From NCBI GenBank assembly GCA_040389905.1, contig JAZJZK010000014.1, positions 160,001 to 224,000 of the forward strand: DNA of 64,000 bases. The letters are read 5' to 3'. The notes under the pieces were generated by a model that saw only the letters and a program-made list of their open reading frames with translations, ran no database searches and was not told the DNA's origin. The stretch comes from Gemmatimonadota bacterium. GTDB lineage: Bacteria; Gemmatimonadota; Gemmatimonadetes; Gemmatimonadales; Gemmatimonadaceae. This document shows positions 55,583 to 64,000 of this stretch, piece after piece. Numbering within the stretch: the first letter of the stretch is position 1; each line of letters starts with the position of its first letter. Position numbers and translations under genes: made by a program.

Positions 55583-57607
55583 GTGATCTGCATGATGCGC
55601 ACGTGTCGCGCCCAACGAGCGTTTCTCCTCTCAGCGCTGCGTGCTCCAGCGCTTCTTTGGTCGGTCCTCGCGTTTGCCATCCACGTCGACGCGATGGCAC
55701 AGTCCACCGCTGCACGCGTCGGGGAGTGGCCCGTGTACGGTGGGGACGCCGGCGCTACCAAGTACTCGGCACTCACGCAGATCAACCGCGCGAATGTCGC
55801 GACGCTCGAGATGGCGTGGCGTTGGCGCGTTGGCGAAGTGCCCATCCGCAATACCGACAGCACCAAGGCCGCTCGTCCGGGAAACTTTCAGGTCACACCG
55901 CTGATGATCGGCGACACGTTGTTCTTCAGCACGTCGTACAATCGCGTCGTGGCGATGGATGCTGTCACGGGAACGCCATTCTGGATCTACGACCCAGGCG
56001 CATACAAGGCGGGCCAACCGTCGAACGGCACCGGGCTGGTGCATCGTGGCGTCGCCGCGTGGAGCGATGGAAAGGAGCGACGCATCTTCATGAACAGCCG
56101 ATGGAATCTCATCGCACTCGATGCGTCGACAGGAAAGCCGATCAGAAGCTTTGGCGACACCGGCGTCGTCGATCTCGTCGCTGGACTGCGCCGTCCGGTG
56201 AACAGGATTCACTACACGAACACATCGCCGCCGGTCGTTTTCAAGAACCTCGTGATTGTCGGCAATGGCGTCGGCGACCGCCTCGTGTACAAGAGCGATC
56301 CACCGGGGGACGTACAGGCGTTCGACGTCCACACGGGAAAGCGCGTCTGGATCTTTCACACCATTCCGGATTCATCCGAAGTCGGCGTGGATACCTGGGA
56401 GCATGGATCGTGGCGAACGGCAGGACACACCAACGTGTGGGCGCCATTCTCGCTCGACGAGAAGCGCGGCCTCGTCTATCTGCCCGTCAGCACCCCATCG
56501 AACGACTGGTACGGCGGCGACCGGCTCGGCAACAATCTGTATGGTGAGTCGATTGTCTGCCTCGATGCCAATACTGGGAAGCGGAAGTGGCACTATCAAC
56601 TCGTGCACCACGGGCTGTGGGACTACGATCCACCAGCGCCTCCGGTGCTCGGCACCATCCGCGTAAACGGCAAGACGATCGACGCCGTTGCCGTCGCCAC
56701 CAAGATGGGCTTTCTCTTCGTGTTCGATCGCGTCACGGGAAAGCCGGTGTGGCCGATCGTCGAACGGCCGGTGCCGGCGAGCGACGTGCCTGGCGAACGC
56801 GTGTCACCAACGCAGCCAATTCCCACGAAGCCCGCGGCGTTTGCAAGACAGGGTTTCACCGACAATGACGTGGTCGACTTCACGCCGGAGATCAAGTCAC
56901 GCGCGCTCGAGGTAGTTCACCGGTACAAGACCGGCCCAATGTTCACGCCGCCGTCGATGCAGGGCACCGTTGTGATGCCCGGCGCCATTGGCGGTTCAGG
57001 CTGGGGCGGCGGAGCCTTCGATCCCGAAACCGGAATCATCTATATCAAGGCGAGTAACTCGCCGGCGCTATACACGATCTTCAAGACGACGGCTCCATCC
57101 GACACAGTGGACGCCAACTACATGGTGGACTTGCCACGCTCGTCGCTCGGCGTGCGCATCGACGCGTCGGCTAACGCGGAGATCCCCGTCGTCAAACCAC
57201 CGTATGGGACGCTGACCGCCATCGACCTGCACACGGGCGCGCAACAATGGCAGGTGCCCCTTGGAGACTCGCCGGAGATTCGACGTCACCCCGCCCTCAA
57301 GGACGTTCCGCTTCCGCCGCTGCTCGGCGTATCAGGCGCGCCTGGTACAATCGTCACCAAGGGTGGGTTGCTGTTCGTGAGTGGCGGTGGATCGGTACTC
57401 TATGCCATCGACAAGGCGAATGGCCGCACGCTGTGGTCTGCTGACCTTGGACGGCGCGCGTATTCGGTGCCGATGACGTATCGAACTCGCGATGGCAGGC
57501 AATACGTCGTGATCGCAACCGGCGCGGGCGCGGATGCGGAGCTCGTCGCGTACTCGCTTCCCTCAAGTCGCGCCACAACGAGGCCTTCGGTCGGCAGTCC
57601 GATGTGA
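55583..57607 (+). CDS. PQQ-dependent dehydrogenase (quinoprotein glucose dehydrogenase-like)
   Basis: WPVYGGD...KYS.L.QIN, HRGVA, QLVHHGLWDYD, PPYG, PMTY...GRQYVV. Start uncertain. Confidence 0.94.
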   Translation: MICMMRTCRAQRAFLLSALRAPALLWSVLAFAIHVDAMAQSTAARVGEWPVYGGDAGATKYSALTQINRANVATLEMAWRWRVGEVPIRNTDSTKAARPGNFQVTPLMIGDTLFFSTSYNRVVAMDAVTGTPFWIYDPGAYKAGQPSNGTGLVHRGVAAWSDGKERRIFMNSRWNLIALDASTGKPIRSFGDTGVVDLVAGLRRPVNRIHYTNTSPPVVFKNLVIVGNGVGDRLVYKSDPPGDVQAFDVHTGKRVWIFHTIPDSSEVGVDTWEHGSWRTAGHTNVWAPFSLDEKRGLVYLPVSTPSNDWYGGDRLGNNLYGESIVCLDANTGKRKWHYQLVHHGLWDYDPPAPPVLGTIRVNGKTIDAVAVATKMGFLFVFDRVTGKPVWPIVERPVPASDVPGERVSPTQPIPTKPAAFARQGFTDNDVVDFTPEIKSRALEVVHRYKTGPMFTPPSMQGTVVMPGAIGGSGWGGGAFDPETGIIYIKASNSPALYTIFKTTAPSDTVDANYMVDLPRSSLGVRIDASANAEIPVVKPPYGTLTAIDLHTGAQQWQVPLGDSPEIRRHPALKDVPLPPLLGVSGAPGTIVTKGGLLFVSGGGSVLYAIDKANGRTLWSADLGRRAYSVPMTYRTRDGRQYVVIATGAGADAELVAYSLPSSRATTRPSVGSPM

Positions 57608-58194
57608 TGGACGACTCCCGCCTGGCCGAGCTGGGACGTCGTCTGCGCGCCGGCGACGTCGCGGCGTTCGACGAGCTGTTCCGCACGTTCAACGCACCGC
57701 TCTGCGAAGTCGTGGACAGTTATGTGCACTCGCAGGATGTCGCCGAGGATGCGGTTCAGGAGTTGTTTTTTGCGCTCTGGACGCGCCGCGCGACGATCGA
57801 GACGCCCTCACTGCGCGCCTACCTGTTCGCCGCGGCGCGCAATCGCGGATTGCAACACATCCGTCACCAGTCCGTGGTGGTCCGCTGGATCCGCCGCGCG
57901 CTGCATGACCAGAGCGTTTCCGGCACGACGCCGGTTCCGCGTCCCGACGAGATCCTGCAGGCGGACGAGCGGGCGGCCGCGCTCCGCGACGCAATCGACC
58001 GGCTACCGCCGCGCACGCGGCTCGCGCTCGTGTTGCATTGGGAGCACCAGATGACGCAGGCGGAAGTCGCGACGGCCATGGGAATCTCCGTTAAGGGCGT
58101 GGAGAAGTTGCTCGCGATCGCGCGCCGGAGGCTCCGCGAGCGGCTCGGTGCCCATTCCGACGACGGCTTAGCGCTCATACCGCCGGCACATTGA
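57604..58194 (+). CDS. ECF RNA polymerase sigma factor (FecI-like)
   Basis: AFDELF, AEDAVQELF, LRAYLF.AARN, LPPRTR, QAEVA..MGISVKGVE. Confidence 0.93.
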   Translation: MMDDSRLAELGRRLRAGDVAAFDELFRTFNAPLCEVVDSYVHSQDVAEDAVQELFFALWTRRATIETPSLRAYLFAAARNRGLQHIRHQSVVVRWIRRALHDQSVSGTTPVPRPDEILQADERAAALRDAIDRLPPRTRLALVLHWEHQMTQAEVATAMGISVKGVEKLLAIARRRLRERLGAHSDDGLALIPPAH

Positions 58195-58358
58195 ACGCGG
58201 ATTGAGCGGATGGAAAAAAGAAACAACGATCAAGCATAAAGCAGGAAATGCAGCCTTCTCCATGAGTCCCGTGGCGAGATGCTTCTATCGCGTCACATGT
58301 GAGAGAAATCTGTTTTTTGCTGTTTAAATCCGCTCAATCCGCGTTCAATGTGCCGGCG
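58181..58358. repeat. Palindromic element with perfect 31-bp arms (CGGATT-type, family D)
   Basis: 58181-58211 is the exact reverse complement of 58328-58358, with an AT-rich interior. Related half-elements at about 13616, 15100 and 20476. Confidence 0.85.
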
Positions 58359-58458
58359 CACGACTGCCGAGTGTGCCGGCGCACGACGAGCGAATGTGCC
58401 GGCCCAAGAAGCTTGAATAGGCAGGTAGGGGATTTGGCATCAGCTGCGTTCTTGCGTC

Positions 58459-59319
58459 ATGACACCCGAAGAGCCCACCCGCCGACGTTCCTGGCGCACC
58501 GAAGAGGTGCTGCAACAACTGCACGCTCGCATGGATGCCACCGGTGTGGATGCCGTTCACCGCACGCGCCCGCGAGTCCGCTGGGTAACGTGGGCGGCAG
58601 CAGCCGCCGCCATGATCGCCGTCGGCGTGGCCTCCACCATGATGGTCCGCACGCCGCCCGCCCTTGAAGCCCGCGTCGTCACGACAGCAGCGGGCCAGCG
58701 ACGCATTGTCCACCTTCCCGACAGCACCGTCGTAACGCTCGGCCCGGAATCGACGCTCCGCTACACGATCGGTGACAGCGCGCGCGCCGTCGAGCTGGAC
58801 GGAATGGCGGCGTTCCGTGTCGTCCACCACAGTGCACATCCATTCGTCGTGCGAGCGCGGGGGGCAGAAGCGACAGACCTCGGCACCGAGTTCGTGGTGC
58901 GCGCCTACAGCGGCGACTCGAGCGTGCACGTTGCCGTGGCGTCAGGTACGGTCGCGCTGACGAATCCTTCCGCTGCGGCACCGACGTCCGCACTAACGCT
59001 GCGCGCAGGCGACGTCGGCATGGTGCGGTCACACGATGCGCCGGTGGCCGTCCGCCAGGCCACCGCGGCGACATACGCGCTGTGGCTCAACGGCAGTCTC
59101 TCGTTCGACGACGAGCCGCTTGCCGCGGTTGCGAAGGAATTGGGACGCTGGTTCGACGCCGACATCCGCATCGCCGATCCTGCCCTCGCCAAGCGCCGCG
59201 TGTCAGCGATGTACCACGACGCCACGCTCGGCAACGTGCTCGACGCGCTCGCCTCGGCAATGCACTTCGAGTACACGCGATCTGGCCGCGCAATCACCGT
59301 GCGCCCGAGGTCGCGCTGA
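58459..59319 (+). CDS. FecR-family anti-sigma/signal transducer
   Basis: TM helix, LPDSTVVTLGPES, LDGMAAFRV, DLGTEF, W..GSLSFDDEPL. Confidence 0.93.
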   Translation: MTPEEPTRRRSWRTEEVLQQLHARMDATGVDAVHRTRPRVRWVTWAAAAAAMIAVGVASTMMVRTPPALEARVVTTAAGQRRIVHLPDSTVVTLGPESTLRYTIGDSARAVELDGMAAFRVVHHSAHPFVVRARGAEATDLGTEFVVRAYSGDSSVHVAVASGTVALTNPSAAAPTSALTLRAGDVGMVRSHDAPVAVRQATAATYALWLNGSLSFDDEPLAAVAKELGRWFDADIRIADPALAKRRVSAMYHDATLGNVLDALASAMHFEYTRSGRAITVRPRSR

Positions 59320-61718
59320 TGCCGCTCCGATTGCATCGCATGCTCGCCGCGCTCGCCCTCGCGATCGCCTCTACGCAATCGTCCGCCGCCGCGCAGTCGC
59401 GATCACCCGATTCGACGTTCGCCGATCTCTCGCGCGACGGCAACGGCGTCGCCGCCCTCCTTCGTCCGATCACGGCGGGATTCTCCGGGCAGACGGCGGA
59501 GGCGGCATTCAAGGCAATTGCCGCGACAGCGCGATTGAGCTTCACGCTCGATCCGCGCCTCTCAGGGATGCAAAGCAGGATCACGATCCCTTCCTCAGTT
59601 CGTTCGGCCGCCGTGGCGCTCATCGAAGTCGCCGACGCGAGCAACCTGCGCGTTCGCGTCTCGCCGAGCGGCCAGATCATCGTCGTCGAAGCACGGGCAT
59701 CGGCACCGGCGGCGCGCAGCGCGACACCGGATACAACGCGACGTGACCCTGTCGTGCTCGCCGCGGTCCATGCGGAAGCCGAGCGGCTCGAGCGCGTGCG
59801 GTTCGCATCGCGCACCGATGTCGGAGGCATCTCGATCACTGGCCGTGAGCTGCGAAGCGCGCCCGCGTTCGTCGAACCCGACGTGTTGCGTTCCGTTCAG
59901 CTGATGCCGGGCATCTCCGCGCGCAGCGACTACACGGCGGGCTTCAACGTGCGCGGCGGTGAGAACGATCAGAATCTCATCCTCATCGACGGCTATCCGA
60001 TTTACAGTCCGTTTCACTTTGGCGGGATCTTCAGCACGTTCATCGATGCGACGGTCGGGCGCGTCGAGCTACACCGCGGTGGCATGCCGGTGCAATACGG
60101 CGGCAGGCTCTCGGGCGTCATCGATGTCAGCCCGGCAGAGCCCACGAGCACGGGGACGCACGGCACGGCAGAGGTGTCACTCGTGTCTTCTTCGGCATCG
60201 GTCGGGCGAGTGTTCGCCGACGGCGCCGGCTCGTGGATGATCGCGGCTCGGCGCACCTACGCGGACGCGATCGTCAACCGGTTCAGCTCGGACACGTTTC
60301 CCTATCACTTCCAGGATGGTCAGGCTCACGTCGCGCGCTCCTGGGCCAATGGCGTCCGCATGTCGGCCACCGCATATGCCGGCGCCGATGTGCTGACGCC
60401 CGTTTTGAACTACTCGTTCGATAACTGGTGGGGCAATGGCGTCGCCGGCGTGACGGCGGCGAAGCGCTTCGACAACGCTCGCCTGTTCGGCATTCGGCTC
60501 GGAGACAGCGTGACAATCGAGCAACGCGCGTCGCTCACGCGCTTCTCATCGCAGATCGCTATTCCGGAAATTGTGTACCTGGCGACCGATCGCGTCACCG
60601 ACCGCCGTTTGGCCGGCTCCATCGCCGCGCACAGCGCAGGAAGCACGCGAACGCTCGGGTACGAGCTGTCGTTTCAGGATCTCGACTACCACTCGAACTC
60701 GTCGTTCGCCGGCCTCGCCGACATCATTCCCTTCGATTCGATCCGGCAGCAGTCGCGTGCCTCGAGTGTCTATGCGGATCAGCTCTGGCGCCCTACCACG
60801 AAGCTGCTCCTTCAGGTAGGCGGGCGCGTCGACGCGGTCCAGGCCAGCGACTGGATCGGATTCTCACCCCGCGTGTCGATGAAGTACTGGCTCGACCGCA
60901 ACCTCGCGGTCACGGCGGCCGCGGGCAGCTACGCACAGTGGATGCACTCGCTCGGACGGGAAGAGGAGCCGATCCAGCCGATTCAATTCTGGATCGCCAG
61001 CGACTCGACGCTCCCCGTCTCGCGTTCGCACGACGCGATCGTCGGCGTCGAACGATGGATGAACCCGACGCGATTCTTTCACGTCGAAGCGTTCTACAAA
61101 CGTTACGACGACCTGCTCACACCAAATCCCTACAACGATGCCGGGGTCCGCGGCGACGAGTTCTATCGGGCGCGCGGCGCGTCGTACGGCGCTGATGTGA
61201 TGCTGCGCCAACTCGACGGCGGGCCGTTCAGCGGTTGGTTGGCATATACGTATTCCGTCAGCACACGCGAGCGTGCCGATGGCCTCCGCTATTTCCCCAC
61301 GCAGGATCGCCGGCACAACCTCAATCTCGTCGGTAGCTGGCGATCGGGCGCATACACCCTCGGCGCGCGTGCGAACATCGCATCGGGGTTGCCCGGAACG
61401 CCGTTGATCGGCGGATACATTCGCGCGCGCTACGATCCGATCGCGCGCCGCTGGACCCCGGACGCCACCTTCGATGAGCAGGTCATCCCCGGCGAGTACA
61501 ATTCCGTCCGCTTCCCCAAGTACAGTCGGATCGACGTGAGCGCAACGCGCGCCGGTCGGATGTGGGGCGCGTCCGTGTCTCCGTATCTCAGCGTCGTGAA
61601 CCTGCTGAACGCGCATAACCCGGCGGGGTTCCTGTACGACTATAGCACGCGATCGAACCGCGCCTCGGTACCAAACCTGCCCTTCGCGCCCACCTTGGGG
61701 GTGTCCATTGCGTATTGA
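59319..61718 (+). CDS. TonB-dependent receptor with N-terminal signalling (STN-like) extension
   Basis: TGATG coupling to fecR; EPDVLRSVQLMPG, FNVRGG..DQNLILIDG, YGGRLSGVID; C-terminal aromatic residue. Confidence 0.93.
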   Translation: MPLRLHRMLAALALAIASTQSSAAAQSRSPDSTFADLSRDGNGVAALLRPITAGFSGQTAEAAFKAIAATARLSFTLDPRLSGMQSRITIPSSVRSAAVALIEVADASNLRVRVSPSGQIIVVEARASAPAARSATPDTTRRDPVVLAAVHAEAERLERVRFASRTDVGGISITGRELRSAPAFVEPDVLRSVQLMPGISARSDYTAGFNVRGGENDQNLILIDGYPIYSPFHFGGIFSTFIDATVGRVELHRGGMPVQYGGRLSGVIDVSPAEPTSTGTHGTAEVSLVSSSASVGRVFADGAGSWMIAARRTYADAIVNRFSSDTFPYHFQDGQAHVARSWANGVRMSATAYAGADVLTPVLNYSFDNWWGNGVAGVTAAKRFDNARLFGIRLGDSVTIEQRASLTRFSSQIAIPEIVYLATDRVTDRRLAGSIAAHSAGSTRTLGYELSFQDLDYHSNSSFAGLADIIPFDSIRQQSRASSVYADQLWRPTTKLLLQVGGRVDAVQASDWIGFSPRVSMKYWLDRNLAVTAAAGSYAQWMHSLGREEEPIQPIQFWIASDSTLPVSRSHDAIVGVERWMNPTRFFHVEAFYKRYDDLLTPNPYNDAGVRGDEFYRARGASYGADVMLRQLDGGPFSGWLAYTYSVSTRERADGLRYFPTQDRRHNLNLVGSWRSGAYTLGARANIASGLPGTPLIGGYIRARYDPIARRWTPDATFDEQVIPGEYNSVRFPKYSRIDVSATRAGRMWGASVSPYLSVVNLLNAHNPAGFLYDYSTRSNRASVPNLPFAPTLGVSIAY

Positions 61719-62529
61719 CGCGCGCCGCATCGCGGCGGCAACCGCACTCGCGGTGTTGGCCGGCTGTAGCCAGGAAGAACCACTGTTGCCGTCGGCTCAC
61801 GAGGTGATCGTGCACGCCCTGCTCGATGCCGGCGCACGTGACCAGTACGTCTTCGTGCAAACGACGAATGGCGCGTTCGATGAGGCGAAGCCGGTCGCGG
61901 GCGCCCTCGTCACGCTCACGCTGCCCGACGGACGCTCCCTCCGCGCTGATGAAGAGCGCGACAGCTCGCGCTTCATCACGGATAACGATGAGCCGCGCGT
62001 CACGTCGGCGTACCGCTTCTCACTCGACAAGCTCGGCTTCTCGATTGTACCGGGGGGTACGTATCGCCTGCGCGTCGAGCTCCCCGACGCGCGCGTGGTG
62101 ACCGGGCACACGACGGTTCCGAACGCTGTTGCCATCTCGATCATGCCGCCCGCGCAGCTCTTCAACTACGTTCGCGATACGCTGTCCCTGGCCTGGCCGC
62201 GTGTGCCGGGCGCGCGGAGCTATGAGGTCAGCGTCAACTCGGGAGGTGACGCGCTCCACGGCCCGAACCGGAATCCAAGAGCCATCTTCGCTGACACGTC
62301 GATCAAGTTGAACAGCCGGACGCTCGAGGGATCGGGTGACCACGACTTCTTTGTCCGCGGCTACATGCACCGGCTCATCGTGAGCGCGGTGGACTCGAAC
62401 TACTACGATTACTACCGCCGGACGAGCGACAGCTTTACCGGCGTCGGCGTGATCGGCCATCTCGCCGGTGCGCTTGGGGTATTCGGGTCGATCGTGGAGA
62501 TCGACGCTCGAATGTTGGACGTGCGGTAG
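61708..62529 (+). CDS. DUF4249-like lipoprotein partner of the TonB receptor
   Basis: Lipobox LAGC, PGGTYRLRV, G.TTVP, GALGVFGS. Confidence 0.8.
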   Translation: MRIDARRIAAATALAVLAGCSQEEPLLPSAHEVIVHALLDAGARDQYVFVQTTNGAFDEAKPVAGALVTLTLPDGRSLRADEERDSSRFITDNDEPRVTSAYRFSLDKLGFSIVPGGTYRLRVELPDARVVTGHTTVPNAVAISIMPPAQLFNYVRDTLSLAWPRVPGARSYEVSVNSGGDALHGPNRNPRAIFADTSIKLNSRTLEGSGDHDFFVRGYMHRLIVSAVDSNYYDYYRRTSDSFTGVGVIGHLAGALGVFGSIVEIDARMLDVR

Positions 62530-62593
62530 TTGGACGCGAGTGGAAGAACTTCCAAATAGAGATAGCAGCGCTGTTTCTTGCTGCTTGGCAAGA

Positions 62594-62690
62594 GCAGAGG
62601 ACGCAGAGGACGAACAATCAAGAAACTTGGTTCCTTTGTCGTTGTTCCGCAGTCCTCTGCGACCTCTGCGGTTGACTGCTGTTGCAGTTT
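62594..62690. repeat. Family B palindromic element
   Basis: gcagaggacgcagaggac ... gtcctctgcgacctctgcggtt followed by a GTTGCAG tail. Confidence 0.75.
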
Positions 62691-62817
62691 GTAGCCCCCG
62701 TGGAACGTCGCGGTCTGCGGCTGCGCGAGCCCGTGACCCGTGGCGAACGATAGTGCGGCTCGCGTGATTGTTCTCCTGCCCGCAAGTTGATCCAAACCCT
62801 CGACAGGAGCCCCCCGC

Positions 62818-63306
62818 ATGACACCAGAACAACAACTCGTCGACGGCGCGTTGCGCACGTGGAAATCGAGCGTCGACCGGTTCGAGGCATCATTCACCAA
62901 GCTGTCCGACGAACAGTTGGAAGCACCGGTCGCTCCGGGTCGCAACCGGCTGCTCTACCTGCTCGGACACATCGCCGCTGTGCACGACCGCATGCTGCCG
63001 CTGCTCGGGATCGGACCGCAGCGTCACCCGGAGCTGGACGCGACCTTCCTCCTGAACCCGGACAGCGGCGGGCCGGCACCGGTGTCCGGTGCTGCATTGA
63101 AGGAGATCCTGCACGAGGTGGACGGGGCGCTCTGGGACGCGTTCAGCAGTTGGACGCCGGCAGACTGGCTCTCCCGGCACACGTCTGTCTCGGAGGACGA
63201 CTTCGCGAAGGAACCGCACCGCAACCGCTTCAGTGTGTTGCTCAGCAGGAATTCGCATCTGCAGTTCCACCATGGGCAGGTAGTACTGACCGAACCGCGT
63301 GCCTGA
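62818..63306 (+). CDS. DinB family protein
   Basis: AGGAG RBS; NRLLYLLGHIAAVHD and H...HHGQ His triad. Confidence 0.88.
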   Translation: MTPEQQLVDGALRTWKSSVDRFEASFTKLSDEQLEAPVAPGRNRLLYLLGHIAAVHDRMLPLLGIGPQRHPELDATFLLNPDSGGPAPVSGAALKEILHEVDGALWDAFSSWTPADWLSRHTSVSEDDFAKEPHRNRFSVLLSRNSHLQFHHGQVVLTEPRA

Positions 63307-63344
63307 AGGTGACGAGCGGGCTCCCAAGCACTTACACTGTTGCC

Positions 63345-64000
63345 ATGTCAGGCACAGAGCGCGAGCCCGCACGTCAGTACGCCGCCAATCGGCGTGACGT
63401 TCGCTTTCTCCTCACCATGGCGCGCGCGCTGCACACCGCGGGCACCACCGCACAGCGCCTCGAGGATTCCCTCGCACTGATCGCCCGGGGGCTGGGAATC
63501 ACCAACGCGCAGTTCTTCTCGACGCCGACGAGCATCATGTGCGCCTTCGGTGAGCTGGAACGTCAGGAGACGCACCTGCTCCGCCTTGCGCCAGCAGGGC
63601 CGAACATCGGGCGCCTGTCGAAGCTCGACCGGGTGGTCTCCGACGTGCTCGACACGAAGATCACCACGACCGAAGCGTTGCAGCGGGTCGAGGAGATCGA
63701 GAAGGCGCCATCGCCGTATGGGGTGCTCGTCACGGTGTTCGCCTTTGGGCTCGGCTCCGCCGGTATCGCGCGATTCCTCGGCGGTGGCGTCAAGGAGATT
63801 CTGGTCGGTGCGATGCTCGGCCTCATCACCGGATCGCTCGAAGCGCTGGCAGAATGGCGTCCGTCGCTCGAGCGCGTGTATGAGCCGATTGCCGCGTTCG
63901 TGGCCGCCTTTCTTGCGACGAGTCTCGCGACGCTCCTCGGCCCGTACGCGGCATCGACCGCAATCCTCGCCGGCATCATCGTCTTGCTTCCCGGCCTCGT
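63345..64000 (+). CDS. ThrE-family threonine/serine exporter, 3'-truncated (not in ORF track)
   Basis: ATG 63345; ARALHTAGTTAQRLED...FFSTPTSI...FLGGG...IIVLLPGL, open to the window end. Confidence 0.9.
   Translation, partial: MSGTEREPARQYAANRRDVRFLLTMARALHTAGTTAQRLEDSLALIARGLGITNAQFFSTPTSIMCAFGELERQETHLLRLAPAGPNIGRLSKLDRVVSDVLDTKITTTEALQRVEEIEKAPSPYGVLVTVFAFGLGSAGIARFLGGGVKEILVGAMLGLITGSLEALAEWRPSLERVYEPIAAFVAAFLATSLATLLGPYAASTAILAGIIVLLPGL

Overview
GC-rich bacterial chromosomal window. The gene content (Ser/Thr kinase-TPR proteins, PadR plus ADOP-type permease, ECF-FecR-TonB cluster, many CAZymes) suggests a Gemmatimonadota-like organism; this is an inference. The window holds about 50 CDS, one tRNA-Pro(GGG) and several families of intergenic palindromic repeats. 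I found no CRISPR array, rRNA, transposase or integrase. The best candidate for an undescribed system is a four-gene module at 42.5-45.5 kb. It encodes a stand-alone receiver-like protein, a ~400-aa TPR-like protein, a 65-aa lipoprotein-type propeptide ending in a Cys-X10-Cys loop, and an AraC regulator whose N-terminal domain is paralogous to the stand-alone protein. A shared CGTCAY-N5-GGGGW motif occurs in both of its divergent intergenic regions, and the arrangement resembles Rap-Phr/RRNPP peptide signalling. Other notable items are a 2.9-kb integrase-less islet bounded by a duplicated tRNA-Pro 3' half, an in-frame uORF before speD, a BTAD-kinase-STAND-TPR fusion, and an ApbE/DUF2271/PepSY flavinylation operon whose ApbE appears to lack a signal peptide. 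All family assignments come from motif recognition by eye; no database searches were run.
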